The notes: a model not told the origin generated them from the sequence alone. A stretch of DNA of 50,512 nt from Roseivivax sp. (GCA_020441125.1 JAGRMT010000119.1:3846-54357); one strand, 5' to 3'. Numbered from the stretch's first letter, positions 1-10,162 are shown. Made by a program: numbers and translations.

Positions 1-1284
1 TTCTGGGCCAAGAAGGGCATGGACCCGGCGCAGTTCGGCTGGGCGCTGACGGTGGCGGTCAAGACGGCGGGGCAGGTGCCCCACGGCAAGGTCGCCAGCC
101 AGGCGCTGAGCCTGATCCCGACCTTTATCCTGATCGGCTATCTGGCCTATTACGCCGGGCTGACCAAGGCCCTGTTCGAGGCCGCCAAACGCTGGATCGC
201 CTGGGTACCCGGCGGGCTGGCGGTGGCCACCGTGTTCGCTACGGCGGGGTTTGCGGCGGTGTCCGGCGCCTCGGTCGCCACGGCGGCGGTGTTCGCGCGC
301 ATCGCCATCCCAGAGATGCTGGCGGTGGGCTATGACAAGCGCTTTGCCGCGGGCGTCGTGGCGGCGGCGGGCACGCTGGCCAGCCTGATCCCGCCCTCTG
401 CCATTCTGGTGATCTACGCCATCATCGTCGAGCAGGACGTGGGCAAGCTGCTGCTGGCGGGGTTCATCCCGGGTGTCTTCTCGGCCATCATCTACACGCT
501 GCTGATCGTCGGAATGGCGTTGACGATCAAGGGCTTCGGTCCGCCCGTGGGCGGCTTTACCTGGCGCGAACGGCTGGCCAGCCTGCCGCCGGCGCTGCCC
601 ATCGTGGCGGTGGTCGTGATCATCATCTTCTTCGTCTACAACCCGTTCGGCGGCGATGCCTGGGGCACCCCGACCGAGGGCGGGGCCATCGGCGCCTTCA
701 TCGTCTTCCTGATGGCGCTGTGGAACCGCATCAGCTGGGCCGAGCTGAAAGACGCGCTGATGGAAACCGCCAAGCTGAGCGCGATGATCTTCAGCATCAT
801 CTGGGGCGTGCTGATCTATGTCCGTTTCCTGGGCTTTGCCGACCTGCCGGGCGCCTTTGCCGACTGGCTGACCAGCCTGCATTACAGCCCGATGACGATC
901 CTGATCTGCATTCTGCTGGCCTATGCCGTGCTGGGCATGTTCATGGACGCCATCGGCATGCTGCTGCTGACCCTGCCGGTGGTCTATCCGGCGGTGATGG
1001 CGCTGAACGGCGGGCTGAATGTCGAGGCGGCGGACAGCGCCTTTGGCATGTCCGGTCCGATGTGCGCGGTGTGGTTCGGCATCCTGGTGGTCAAGATGGC
1101 CGAGTTCTGCCTGATCACCCCGCCCATCGGGCTGAACTGCTTTGTCGTCGCGGGCGTGCGCCCCGATCTCAGCGTGCAGGACGTGTTCCGCGGCGTGACG
1201 CCGTTCTTCATCGCCGATGCGGTGACCATCGCGCTGCTGGTCGCATTCCCGTGGATCGTTCTGTGGTTGCCGTCGATGGCCTGA
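1..1284 (+). CDS. dctM: TRAP transporter large permease (DctM), 5' partial
   Basis: Frame open from base 1 (FWAKKGMDP...). Highly hydrophobic, with DctM motifs GGLAVATV, FAAVSGASVAT, IPPS, TPTEGGAIGA and ITPPIGLN. Confidence 0.9.
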   Translation, partial: FWAKKGMDPAQFGWALTVAVKTAGQVPHGKVASQALSLIPTFILIGYLAYYAGLTKALFEAAKRWIAWVPGGLAVATVFATAGFAAVSGASVATAAVFARIAIPEMLAVGYDKRFAAGVVAAAGTLASLIPPSAILVIYAIIVEQDVGKLLLAGFIPGVFSAIIYTLLIVGMALTIKGFGPPVGGFTWRERLASLPPALPIVAVVVIIIFFVYNPFGGDAWGTPTEGGAIGAFIVFLMALWNRISWAELKDALMETAKLSAMIFSIIWGVLIYVRFLGFADLPGAFADWLTSLHYSPMTILICILLAYAVLGMFMDAIGMLLLTLPVVYPAVMALNGGLNVEAADSAFGMSGPMCAVWFGILVVKMAEFCLITPPIGLNCFVVAGVRPDLSVQDVFRGVTPFFIADAVTIALLVAFPWIVLWLPSMA

Positions 1285-1300
1285 CGGGCCGCGGGGCCGG

Positions 1301-1318
1301 GGCGGGCTTCAGCCCGCC
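1301..1318. terminator. GC hairpin between convergent genes
   Basis: GGCGGGC-TTCA-GCCCGCC at the junction of convergent dctM and TIM-barrel genes. No U-tract. Confidence 0.3.
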
Positions 1319-2121
1319 TCGCCCAGCAGGCGCCGGGTCGCCGTCAGCGCGCGGCTGACCAGGGTCGGCACGCCGATTTCGCGCGCCAGCGCGACGTTGG
1401 GTACTTCGACCGATATCGGCACATCCCTTGGCAACCGCGCCACGATGGCGGCCAGGTCGATGCCGCCATCGCCCGGCACCAGCCGGGCGGTGCGCCCCAG
1501 CGCCATCATCGCTGGCCCGGCCGGGTCATAGGGGACGGGCCCGTCGCAAATCTGCACGTAGTTCATCATCGTGCGCGGAATGGCGGCGATTTCGTCCAGG
1601 GTGCTGCCGCAGCGATCGAAGTGGAGCGTGTCGAACAGGATCGCGGCGGCGGGGTGATCGGCAGCCTCGACCAGGGCGCGGGCGTCGGCGATGGTGCGCA
1701 CCGCTGTCCAGGGCATGAACTCCAGATCGGCGGTCAGGCCATGCTCCCATACCAGCCGGCAAAGCCGGGCATAGCTGTCGGTGATCCGGGCTCGGTCGGG
1801 ATCGTCGCCCGCCACCAGGATATGCCGCGCGCCCAATGCCTCGATCCGTTCCAGGAAAGGCTTGAAGGCCCCAAGCTCGGTATCCGGACCCAGTCGGATC
1901 ATCTCGGCGTCAGACATGGTCAGGCCGGTTTCGGCCAGCGCCGCCTTGACCTGTCTGAACAGCCCGTCGTCGGTCAGGATTGGCGGCGGAGCGTCGCCGG
2001 GGCCGGCGGGCAGCAGGCGATAGCTGATGCTGTCGAAGCCCAGCCGGGCCGCCAGATGCGTTGCAGCGACCGGGTCCAGCCCGTTCGCTGTCAGATAGGC
2101 CATGGAATAGCTGCGGGCCAT
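1309..2121 (-). CDS. Sugar phosphate isomerase/epimerase family (xylose isomerase-like TIM barrel; possible dehydratase)
   Basis: Motifs LEFMPW, FDTLHFDR, VQICDG, R-x-x-PGDGGIDL and SVEVPN. Start ATG 2121 or GTG 2124. Confidence 0.8.
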   Translation of the reverse strand: MARSYSMAYLTANGLDPVAATHLAARLGFDSISYRLLPAGPGDAPPPILTDDGLFRQVKAALAETGLTMSDAEMIRLGPDTELGAFKPFLERIEALGARHILVAGDDPDRARITDSYARLCRLVWEHGLTADLEFMPWTAVRTIADARALVEAADHPAAAILFDTLHFDRCGSTLDEIAAIPRTMMNYVQICDGPVPYDPAGPAMMALGRTARLVPGDGGIDLAAIVARLPRDVPISVEVPNVALAREIGVPTLVSRALTATRRLLGEAG

Positions 2122-2125
2122 CACG

Positions 2126-2734
2126 TCACCGCATCGGCGAGAAGGCCATGGGCATTGCCACGGTCGAGGTCATTTCCGGGGTCAGCCAATCCGGTCCGCC
2201 CTTGGGCGGCCACATGCCGTCTGCCACCGATTGCGCTCGCGCCTTGGAGCGCGCCTCTAGCGAGGGATAGGGCCAGATCTGCGTCAGCCGCGGCGCGCCG
2301 TCGATCCCGTAAAGCGCGATCGAGCAGCGCGAATAGGCATCACGGCCGGGCAGGGCGGCCTGCCATTTCTGCATCGTCGGCATCAACCCGTTCAGCTTCA
2401 TCCGGTAGCTGCGGATCTCGTAGACCGGTCCCAGCGCGCCGGTCTCGACCGGTCCCATGAAATCGAGCGGGCGATAGCTTTCGACACTGTAACCGGTCAG
2501 CAGGTCGATGCAGCCAAACGGGTTGTCGGCGCGGGCGAGACGCTCGCGTTCGGCCAGCATCGCCTCGGCGCTGTCGTAGCAGCGCAGCAGGTAAACCTCG
2601 TTCAGCGCGCCGATGTCGGAAAACCACGCGCCCAGCAGCTGGCCGGTACCCTGGTCAAGCCAGCCCTCGATCCCGGCGGCGGCCTTGCCGGCACCGAAGA
2701 TCACGGTCTTGAGAGTGGAAATGTCATAAAACAT
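2126..2734 (-). CDS. NIPSNAP family protein (two-domain)
   Basis: LLGAWFSDIGALNEV, GPVYEIRSY, R-x-x-AR and WPPKGGP motifs. Coupled to the upstream oxidoreductase. Confidence 0.85.
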   Translation of the reverse strand: MFYDISTLKTVIFGAGKAAAGIEGWLDQGTGQLLGAWFSDIGALNEVYLLRCYDSAEAMLAERERLARADNPFGCIDLLTGYSVESYRPLDFMGPVETGALGPVYEIRSYRMKLNGLMPTMQKWQAALPGRDAYSRCSIALYGIDGAPRLTQIWPYPSLEARSKARAQSVADGMWPPKGGPDWLTPEMTSTVAMPMAFSPMR

Positions 2735-4430
2735 GGGCTTGTGCCTCCTGGGTTGGGTCGCGCCCGGCGACGGGTTGCCCCGCCAGAACCCGGCCTGCTA
2801 TATATCCGAATGTCATGGCCGGGCCCAAGGTGATCCCGCCCGACGGGTAGTGGCCGCCCATGATCGAAGCGGCGTCGTTGCCGGTTGCGAACAGCCCGGC
2901 GATGGCGCTGCCATCGGGCCGCAGGACCCGTGCGGCGGCGTCGGTCATCAGCCCGGCAAAGGTGCCCAGGCTGCCCGGCACCACCTTTACCGCGTAGAAC
3001 GGCGCGCGCAGCAGCGGCCCCAGCGCCGGGTTCGGCGCGTGTCCGGCATCGCCCTGCACCCGGTTGTAGGGCGTACTGCCCCGGCCGAACTGTGAGTCCT
3101 GGCCCTGCAACGCGCCGCTGTTGAACCGCTCTATCGTCTGCGCCAGCGTCGCGGCGGGCAGGTCCAGCGCGGCCGCCAGCCCAGCCAGATCGCCCGCCCG
3201 AACCAGGTAGCCCGACCGCAGGTGCGGCGCATCGGGGAAGGGGAAGGGCTTTACAGCGCCGATACCGAACCGCCGCCGCGCGCGGGCATCGGCCACGATC
3301 CAGGCGTGATCGGCGCCGGTGGCGAACAGAGCCGACATGAAGTCGTGATAGCTGTTCGCCTCGTTCACGAAGCGCCGCCCGTCGGGCCCGACGGCAATGA
3401 TCCCGGGCTTGGCCCGTTCGATCAGGTGCGGAAACCGGGTGACGCCACCGTCGCGCCCCGGCAGCAGCGAGACCGGCGCCCAGGCTCCGGCGTTGACGTA
3501 GTCGCGGGTGATCGCGGCGCCTGCCGCCTCGGCCAGGCGCAGCCCGTCGCCGGTGTTTTCTGGCGGGGCAGCCGAGTGGTGCTCGGTCCCGGTGGGGGCG
3601 TGTTCGAACAGCTCGGCGATGCGGGCGCGGTCATGCGGAAAGCCGCCGGCGGCCATCACCACGCCCCGGCGCGCCAGCACAGGCGCGCCGCCGACCATTG
3701 CGCCGGTGACCCGGCCTGACTCTGTCAGCAGGGCCGTGGCCGGGGCGCCGGTCCTGACGGTCACGCCCAGATCCAGCGCCGAGCGTAGCAGCCGCGCCAC
3801 CAGCGCATTGCCATTGGCCAGCTGCGCCGAGCGCCCTCGGGTGAGCAGATCGCGCCCGTGTCGCGCCAGCCGCCGCGCCACATGCAACGCGTTGGCCGGG
3901 CTGCGCGACCAGTTGAAGAAAGCTGCCATATCGGCGCCCGAGGCCAGTGCCATGCCCGCGATGGTGGTGGCCGCGAGCGGCGGACGCAGCCGGTTGGCCC
4001 AGGCGCCCAGCTGCCGCGCATCGTAAGGCGCGACAGAGATCGAGCGCCCGCCGGTAACCGCGCCGGGGCTGGTGTGAAAGTCGGGGATGCGGTTGCCGTC
4101 GATCCAGCGGATGGCGGTGTTCTTGGCGAAGAATTGCACCATTTCCGGACCGGCTTGCAGAAACGACAGCACGCGCGGGTCGCGCACGCGGTTGCCGATC
4201 TCGTGCGAGAGGTATTCCAGCGGGCCGTCCAGCCCTTCGGTTATGCCGGCGGCCACGGCCAACGGATTGCGCGGCACCCAAAGCCAACCGCCGGACCAGG
4301 CCGTTGTCCCGCCGATCTGCTCGGCCTTCTCGGCCACGATCACGCGCAGCCCGGCATGGGCCGCTGTCACGGCGGCCGACAGCCCGCCAGCGCCAGAGCC
4401 GATGACCAGAACGTCACAGTCGCCCGTCAT
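2724..4430 (-). CDS. FAD-dependent oxidoreductase, 3-ketosteroid Delta1-dehydrogenase-like (FAD_binding_2)
   Basis: GSGAGG FAD motif, GGTTAWSGGWLWVP, NGNALVARL, RFVNEANSYHDF, HYPSGGITLGPAMTFGY. Confidence 0.88.
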   Translation of the reverse strand: MTGDCDVLVIGSGAGGLSAAVTAAHAGLRVIVAEKAEQIGGTTAWSGGWLWVPRNPLAVAAGITEGLDGPLEYLSHEIGNRVRDPRVLSFLQAGPEMVQFFAKNTAIRWIDGNRIPDFHTSPGAVTGGRSISVAPYDARQLGAWANRLRPPLAATTIAGMALASGADMAAFFNWSRSPANALHVARRLARHGRDLLTRGRSAQLANGNALVARLLRSALDLGVTVRTGAPATALLTESGRVTGAMVGGAPVLARRGVVMAAGGFPHDRARIAELFEHAPTGTEHHSAAPPENTGDGLRLAEAAGAAITRDYVNAGAWAPVSLLPGRDGGVTRFPHLIERAKPGIIAVGPDGRRFVNEANSYHDFMSALFATGADHAWIVADARARRRFGIGAVKPFPFPDAPHLRSGYLVRAGDLAGLAAALDLPAATLAQTIERFNSGALQGQDSQFGRGSTPYNRVQGDAGHAPNPALGPLLRAPFYAVKVVPGSLGTFAGLMTDAAARVLRPDGSAIAGLFATGNDAASIMGGHYPSGGITLGPAMTFGYIAGRVLAGQPVAGRDPTQEAQAHVL

Positions 4431-5245
4431 GCCGCGTCGGTGTCCTTCAGCAGGCCGGCGAAATAGTGCGAAGCGGGTGCGGCGGTACCGATGTCATGCG
4501 CCGCTTCCAGCAGTGCCGGGGCCAGCGCCTCCATCCGCGCCAGCGGCAGGCGCACGGCGGGACCGGCAATCGACAGGCAACCCAGCACCCTGCCATCGGC
4601 CACGCCGCCGGCCCGGATTGCGACGGCCATCGCGCCCATGCCGTCGATGTAGGAATTGACCGCCACCGAATAGCCGCGGCGGCGCGTTTCGGCGATCGTC
4701 TCCATCAGCGCCGCGATGCTGGCCGGGGCGCCCGGGGTCGGCCCGGGGCCCTCGGGCGCCAGGCCGGTTTCCCCGACAAGTGTCAGTATCTCTTCGTCGC
4801 GCATGGTGGCCAGCAAAGCCTGCCCACCCGCGGTAGAGGCCGGGTGGACCTGCATTCCCTGTTCGCGGCCCGGATCGTAGCGCAGCCCGACAGTGGCGCC
4901 CTGGGCGACGGCGACCCATGTCAGGCCGCGACGGTCCAGCACCGAAAGGCGGATCAGCTCGCCCGAGATCTGTGCCAGCCGGTCCAGGATCGGCTGGGCG
5001 ATGTCGGTCACGCCGGCACGGCCCAGAAACCCAAGGCCCAGCGCCGCCAGCCGGATCGTCAGCACATAGTCGCCCTGGTCGCGTTCCTGGCGGACATATC
5101 CCAAACGGGCAAGCTCGCGCAGGGTACGGTGGGCGCCCGATACCGGCATGTCGAGCGCGCGGGCAATGGCCGACACCTGCATCCCCTTGGGATGCTCGAC
5201 CATCAACTCGAGTATGGCGAGGGATTTTTCAAGAACGCTGGACAT
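4427..5245 (-). CDS. IclR family transcriptional regulator
   Basis: N-terminal HTH (SVLEKSLAILE...SGAHRTLRELARLGYV) and IclR C-domain (STAGGQALLA, TRRRGYS, LSIAGP). Confidence 0.9.
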   Translation of the reverse strand: MSSVLEKSLAILELMVEHPKGMQVSAIARALDMPVSGAHRTLRELARLGYVRQERDQGDYVLTIRLAALGLGFLGRAGVTDIAQPILDRLAQISGELIRLSVLDRRGLTWVAVAQGATVGLRYDPGREQGMQVHPASTAGGQALLATMRDEEILTLVGETGLAPEGPGPTPGAPASIAALMETIAETRRRGYSVAVNSYIDGMGAMAVAIRAGGVADGRVLGCLSIAGPAVRLPLARMEALAPALLEAAHDIGTAAPASHYFAGLLKDTDAA

Positions 5246-5293
5246 GGTCTTTCCCTGACAGATGGGCGGAGGCTAGCAAGCCCGCATCAAAAG

Positions 5294-5326
5294 TGAAAGC
5301 GTTTTTAAAACTTGAAAGCCTTTTCA
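5294..5326. promoter_or_regulatory. Tandem operator-like boxes TGAAAGCGTTTTTA / TGAAAGCCTTTTCA (candidate IclR operator)
   Basis: Two near-identical imperfect palindromes 19 bp apart in the AT-rich divergent promoter between iclR and the FAD oxidoreductase. Confidence 0.55.
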
Positions 5327-5396
5327 TTTTTTGTGAATGTTCGCTGACAACCGGCTAGCGAGGGATTCGCGGGCTGCAACCGGGGACAAGGTGCGG

Positions 5397-7088
5397 ATGG
5401 CGGCGCGGGAAGAATTCGATGTTGTGGTTGTGGGGGCGGGTGCCGGCGGTCTGGCCGCGGCGACCTTTGCGGCGCTTGAGGGCGCCCGTACGCTGCTGAT
5501 CGAAAGCACCGAATATGTCGGCGGCACCACCGCCTATTCCGCCGGTACGACCTGGGTGCCCAACACCCGGCTGGCCAGGACCGTGCAGGCCGATGACAGC
5601 CGCGCGCGGGTGCTGGGTTATCTTGATCGGGCTGTCGGCAATCGCAGCCCGCGCGCGATGCGCGAGGCATTCGTCGATAACGGTCCGCGCGCCATTCACC
5701 GGCTGATGGATGACACCGTGGCGCAATTCCGCGCCCGTCCGCATCACCCCGATTACCTGTACGAGCTGGAAGGCTCTACCGCCAAGGGCCGCGCGCTGGA
5801 GCCGGTTCCGTTCCGCGCCAGTGCACTGGGGCGCGATCTGGCGCTGATCCGTCCTGCGATCCCGGAATTCACCATCCTGGGCGGGTTGCAGGTGGACCGG
5901 GACGATATCAACCATTTGCTTTCCATGGGCAAATCCGCCCGATCGCTGCGCCATGCGATGGGGCTGATCGGCACCTACCTGGTTGACCGGGTGCGCTTTG
6001 GCCGCTCGGCCCGGCTGGTGATGGGCAACGCGCTGGTGGGGCGGCTGTTGCTAGCTGCTCGACAGGCGGGGGCCGAGGTGCGGGTCAATACCCGTGTAAC
6101 CGGCCTGGCGCCGCGTGGCTCGGGGCAGGTCCTGACCCTGGCCGATGGAACCGAGATCGAGGCCAGAGGCGGCGTGATCCTGGCCACCGGCGGCTTTGCC
6201 CGCCATCCGCAGCGGCGGGCCGAAATGCTGCCAGCGCCGCTGGCGCCCCACAGTCCCGCCGCGCCCGGCCATACCGGGGCGATGCATGACCTGGTGCTGG
6301 CGCAGGGTGCGCATTATGGCGAGGGGGCGGCTTCGAACGTGTTCTGGGCGCCGGTTTCCACCCGCCAGCGGGCCGATGGCAGCTGGGCGGTGTTCCCGCA
6401 TTTCGTGTTCGACCGCTCCAAGCCGGGGATCATCGCGGTTAACAAGGCCGGCGCGCGTTTCACCAACGAGGCGCGCAGCTATCACGAATTCGCCCTTGCA
6501 CAATATGCCACGGGCACGATCCCAGCCTACCTGGTGACCGACGCGGCTGGGCTTCAGGCTTATGGCCTGGGGCTGGTTCGGCCCGGTGCGCGCGGGGCCA
6601 AGGCGCTGATTGCCGACGGCTATCTGAAGACCGCGCCCAGCCTGCGCGCGCTGGCAGAGCGGCTGGGCATCGACCCGGCCGGGCTGGAGGCGACGGTGGA
6701 GCGGTTCAACCGCTTTGCCGAAACCGGCACTGACGCCGATTTCCACCGCGGCGAAACGGTTTACGAGCGGGCAAACGGCGATGCCACCCACGGGCCCAAC
6801 CCGACGCTGGGCAGCATCGGCACCGGCCCGTTCTACGCGGTCGAACTGACGCCGGGCGATATCGGCGCCGCCACCGGCCTGGCCTGCGACGAGCGGGCCC
6901 GTCTGGTCGACCGGCAAGGCCGCGCAATCGACGGGCTCTATGCCTGCGGCAACGACATGCAGTCAATCATGGGCGGGGTCTATCCCGGCCCCGGCATCAC
7001 CATTGGCCCGGCCATCACCTTTGGCTATATCGCGGCGCTTGATGCTGCGGCGCGCGCCCGGGGCGACAGCGCGGAGCGTGCGGCATGA
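5397..7088 (+). CDS. FAD-dependent oxidoreductase, 3-ketosteroid Delta1-dehydrogenase-like (second paralogue)
   Basis: GAGAGG, GGTTAYSAGTTWVP, HPDY, MGNALVGRL, RFTNEARSYHEF, YPGPGITIGPAITFGY. ATG 5397 follows a purine-rich RBS. Confidence 0.88.
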   Translation: MAAREEFDVVVVGAGAGGLAAATFAALEGARTLLIESTEYVGGTTAYSAGTTWVPNTRLARTVQADDSRARVLGYLDRAVGNRSPRAMREAFVDNGPRAIHRLMDDTVAQFRARPHHPDYLYELEGSTAKGRALEPVPFRASALGRDLALIRPAIPEFTILGGLQVDRDDINHLLSMGKSARSLRHAMGLIGTYLVDRVRFGRSARLVMGNALVGRLLLAARQAGAEVRVNTRVTGLAPRGSGQVLTLADGTEIEARGGVILATGGFARHPQRRAEMLPAPLAPHSPAAPGHTGAMHDLVLAQGAHYGEGAASNVFWAPVSTRQRADGSWAVFPHFVFDRSKPGIIAVNKAGARFTNEARSYHEFALAQYATGTIPAYLVTDAAGLQAYGLGLVRPGARGAKALIADGYLKTAPSLRALAERLGIDPAGLEATVERFNRFAETGTDADFHRGETVYERANGDATHGPNPTLGSIGTGPFYAVELTPGDIGAATGLACDERARLVDRQGRAIDGLYACGNDMQSIMGGVYPGPGITIGPAITFGYIAALDAAARARGDSAERAA

Positions 7089-7993
7089 AGGTTCTGGTCA
7101 CCGGCGGCAGCGGCTTTATCGGGCGCTGGGTCGTGGCGGGGCTGGCCGCGGCGGGCCACGGGGTGCGGGTTTTCGACCTGGCGCCCAACCGCGCCAGCCT
7201 GGACGATGCGGTGCCCGGCCTTGCCGACAGGGTAGAGATCGTATCGGGTGACATCGCCGATGGCTCGGTGCGTGCGGCGGCAGAGGGATGTGACGGGATC
7301 GTGCACCTTGCCGGGGTGATGACCGTGGCCGCCGCCGCCGATCCGATCCGCGCGGCGCAGATCAACCTGATCGGCTCGCTTCAAGTGTTCGAGGCGGCGC
7401 GCGCTCTTGGCATCGGGCGCATCGTCTATGTCTCGACAGCCGGTGTGTTTGGGCCCGACGACGCGGTGAACCCGCGCCCGATGACGCATTACGGCGCGCA
7501 GAAGCTGGCGATCGAGGGCGCGGCGCGGGCCTATCACGCCGACCACGGCCTGAGTTCGGTCGGCTTTCGGCCGTATATCGTCTATGGGCCCGGGCAATCC
7601 TCGGGCATTGCGGCGGGACCGTCCATCGCGATCGCCGCCGCCCATCGCGGCGAGGGGGCGGTGATCCGCTTCTCGGGCCGGGTCGGATTTGTCCATGTCG
7701 GCGACGTGGCCGCGCTGATGGTGGCGGCCGTGACATCCCCGATGGCCGGGGCGCAGGCCTACACGCTGGCCGGCGACACCGACGAGATGGTCCGCTTCGT
7801 CTCCTTGCTGGCCGAGCAGGTACCCGGCGCGCAAACCGTTATCGACGGCCCGCCGCTGCGCATTCCGGCCACGCTGGCAACCAGCGAGATGCCCGCGCCG
7901 TTGGGCGCGCTGCCGGTGACAGGGTTGGCCGACGGCATCGCGCGGACACTGGCCCATTACCGCGTGCGCGCCGCGCAGGGGGCCGGGGCATGA
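7085..7993 (+). CDS. NAD-dependent epimerase/dehydratase (extended SDR)
   Basis: TGGSGFIG, HLAG, YGAQK (YxxxK), RPYIVYGPG. ATGA overlap with the upstream gene. Confidence 0.88.
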   Translation: MKVLVTGGSGFIGRWVVAGLAAAGHGVRVFDLAPNRASLDDAVPGLADRVEIVSGDIADGSVRAAAEGCDGIVHLAGVMTVAAAADPIRAAQINLIGSLQVFEAARALGIGRIVYVSTAGVFGPDDAVNPRPMTHYGAQKLAIEGAARAYHADHGLSSVGFRPYIVYGPGQSSGIAAGPSIAIAAAHRGEGAVIRFSGRVGFVHVGDVAALMVAAVTSPMAGAQAYTLAGDTDEMVRFVSLLAEQVPGAQTVIDGPPLRIPATLATSEMPAPLGALPVTGLADGIARTLAHYRVRAAQGAGA

Positions 7994-8014
7994 CTGGCGC
8001 GGCGCAATCGAATA

Positions 8015-8042
8015 GTCCAATCATTGGTCCCATTCATCCATT
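8015..8042 (+). promoter_or_regulatory. Candidate AraC-type binding site GTCCAA-N15-ATCCATT
   Basis: Same 21-bp-period direct repeat as 19929-19956 (-) and 20922-20949 (+). Lies upstream of the shikimate DH/ABC operon. Confidence 0.55.
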
Positions 8043-8201
8043 TTCAGCCCGGTGGTTTCTGGGCGAGAAATCGAAGGCAGGCGGAAACGCTGCAAGGGTT
8101 TTGGATCGGTTCGCAACGGGATCGGCAGCAGGGATCGGCACATGGGGCAGCACGCGCAAAAAGTGCAATCGCCAGTCGCACCCGGTCACGGGGGGCTGGG
8201 C

Positions 8202-9002
8202 ATGACGGCGACGCTGAATGGCGAAACGCTGGTGATGCTGATCATCGGCGATCCGATTGCGCAGGTGAAGTCGCCCGCCTTGCTGACCGAACGTTTTGCC
8301 GCCCGCGAGGTCAATGCGGTGTGCGTGCCGGGGCATGTGCGCTCTGCCGATATTCCCGCCTTCATGGCCGGGCTGCGGGCCATTGCCAACGCGCCTGGGC
8401 TGGTGATTACCGTGCCGCACAAGCAGGCGGCCATGGGCTATTGCGATGTGCTGACCGAACGGGCGCGCTATGCGCAATCGGTCAACGTCATGCGCCGGAC
8501 AGCCGCGGGCTGGGTTGGCGACAATACCGACGGGCAGGGCTATTGCCGCGGCATCGCGGCGGCGGGCGGCACGATCGCCGGAAAGCGCGTGCTGTTGGTG
8601 GGCGCGGGCGGTGCCGGTGCGGCCATCGCCTATGAGTTTCTGGCCAGCGGCGCGGCGCATCTGGCGATCCATGAAATCGACGTGGCGCGCCGCGACGGGC
8701 TGATTGCCCGACTTGAAACCGCGTTTCCGGGCAAGCTTTCGGTTGGCAGCAACGACCCAACCGGGTTTGATATCATTGCCAATGCCACGCCGCTGGGAAT
8801 GCGCGAGGGCGATCCGTTGCCGGTGCAGGTCGACAAGTTGCGGCCGGACCAGTTCGCGGCCTGCCCGATCACCAAACCGGCGCGATCGCCCTTCATAGAG
8901 GCGGCTGCGGCCAAAGGATGTCAGGTCATGCCGGGTCTCGGCATGTTCCGGGCGCAGGAAGAGCTGCTCGTTGACGCTCTTCTGACACTCGAAGCGGATT
9001 AG
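8202..9002 (+). CDS. Shikimate dehydrogenase family protein (divergent subclass)
   Basis: GDPIAQVKSP, TVPHK, SVN, GDNTDG, GAGGAG, NATPLG, GLGMFRAQ. Confidence 0.88.
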   Translation: MTATLNGETLVMLIIGDPIAQVKSPALLTERFAAREVNAVCVPGHVRSADIPAFMAGLRAIANAPGLVITVPHKQAAMGYCDVLTERARYAQSVNVMRRTAAGWVGDNTDGQGYCRGIAAAGGTIAGKRVLLVGAGGAGAAIAYEFLASGAAHLAIHEIDVARRDGLIARLETAFPGKLSVGSNDPTGFDIIANATPLGMREGDPLPVQVDKLRPDQFAACPITKPARSPFIEAAAAKGCQVMPGLGMFRAQEELLVDALLTLEAD

Positions 9003-9023
9003 GACAGTTCAGGGAGGAATAAC

Positions 9024-10151
9024 ATGATCCGTAAACTTGCAATGACCACCGTCGCCAGCATGGCGCTGACCTCGACCGCGGCCATGGCCGATGTGGTGAT
9101 CGCCGATGTGGCCGAGCTTTCGGGCGCGGGCGCTGCGGCCGGTGCCGTGTGGCACGACGGCGTCAAGATGGCCGTGGAAGAGATCAACGCCGCAGGCGGT
9201 ATCCTGGGCGAGAAGATCGACCTGAAGGAATACGACAGCCAGACCGATCCTCAGAACAGCCGCGCGATGGTGCAGAAGGCAATCGACGATGGCGCCTATG
9301 TGCTGCTGGGCACGGTCTATTCGTCGTCCACCGTGGTCAACATGCTGGTCGCGCAGCAGAACGGCGTGCCGCAGATCACCGGATCGGAAAGCCCGACGAT
9401 CACCGCCAAGGGCAACCCCTACATCTTCCGCACCGCCTTCGGCGCGCAGAAGGGCCTGCCCAAGCTGGTCAGCTATCTGAAGGACGGCATCGGCGCCAAG
9501 AAGATCGCCGTTGTCTGGGCCAACACCGAATTCGGCAAGGGCGGCTATGACGCCTTCATGAAGATCGCCGCCGAACAGGGGCTTGAGATCGTGGCCGACG
9601 TGCCGACCGAACAGGCGCAGGTCGACTTCGCCTCGGACGTGGCCAAGGTCAAGGGTTCGGGCGCGGACGCGATCTTTGTCTACCTGACCGAAGAGGAAAG
9701 CGCGCGCTTCCTGATCGAGGCCGACAAGCAGGGCGTCGAGCTGCCGCTGGCCGGCGACACGGTTCTGGTTTCGCAAAAGGTGATCGACCTGGCAGGCGGC
9801 GCCGCCAACGGCGCGTTCGGCCATGTCGGCCTGTCGGCCGAAGCGCCGGTGGACGCGATCAAGGAAATGGCTGGCAAGTTCCAGGCCAAGTACGGCTATG
9901 GCGCCGACCACAACGCGATCAAGGGCTATATCGGCGCCTATGTGATCAAGTACGTGACCGAGCAGATCGGCGAATTCAACCAGGAGAAATTCGCCGAAAC
10001 GATGCACGGTCTGTGCCTCGATGCCGCCACCCATCCCGGCGTCCTGATGGATGTCTGCTGGGATGACACCGGCGAGATGAGCCGCGAGAGCTTCCTGGTG
10101 GAAGTTGTCGATAACGCGCAGCAGATCTCCAAGACTCTCCCTGCGAACTGA
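9024..10151 (+). CDS. ABC transporter substrate-binding protein, branched-chain amino acid (LivJ/K) family
   Basis: Signal peptide; ELSGAGA, AVEEINAAGGILGEKI, YIFRT. RBS GGAGG. Confidence 0.9.
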   Translation: MIRKLAMTTVASMALTSTAAMADVVIADVAELSGAGAAAGAVWHDGVKMAVEEINAAGGILGEKIDLKEYDSQTDPQNSRAMVQKAIDDGAYVLLGTVYSSSTVVNMLVAQQNGVPQITGSESPTITAKGNPYIFRTAFGAQKGLPKLVSYLKDGIGAKKIAVVWANTEFGKGGYDAFMKIAAEQGLEIVADVPTEQAQVDFASDVAKVKGSGADAIFVYLTEEESARFLIEADKQGVELPLAGDTVLVSQKVIDLAGGAANGAFGHVGLSAEAPVDAIKEMAGKFQAKYGYGADHNAIKGYIGAYVIKYVTEQIGEFNQEKFAETMHGLCLDAATHPGVLMDVCWDDTGEMSRESFLVEVVDNAQQISKTLPAN

Positions 10152-10162
10152 GCCTTCGCCCC

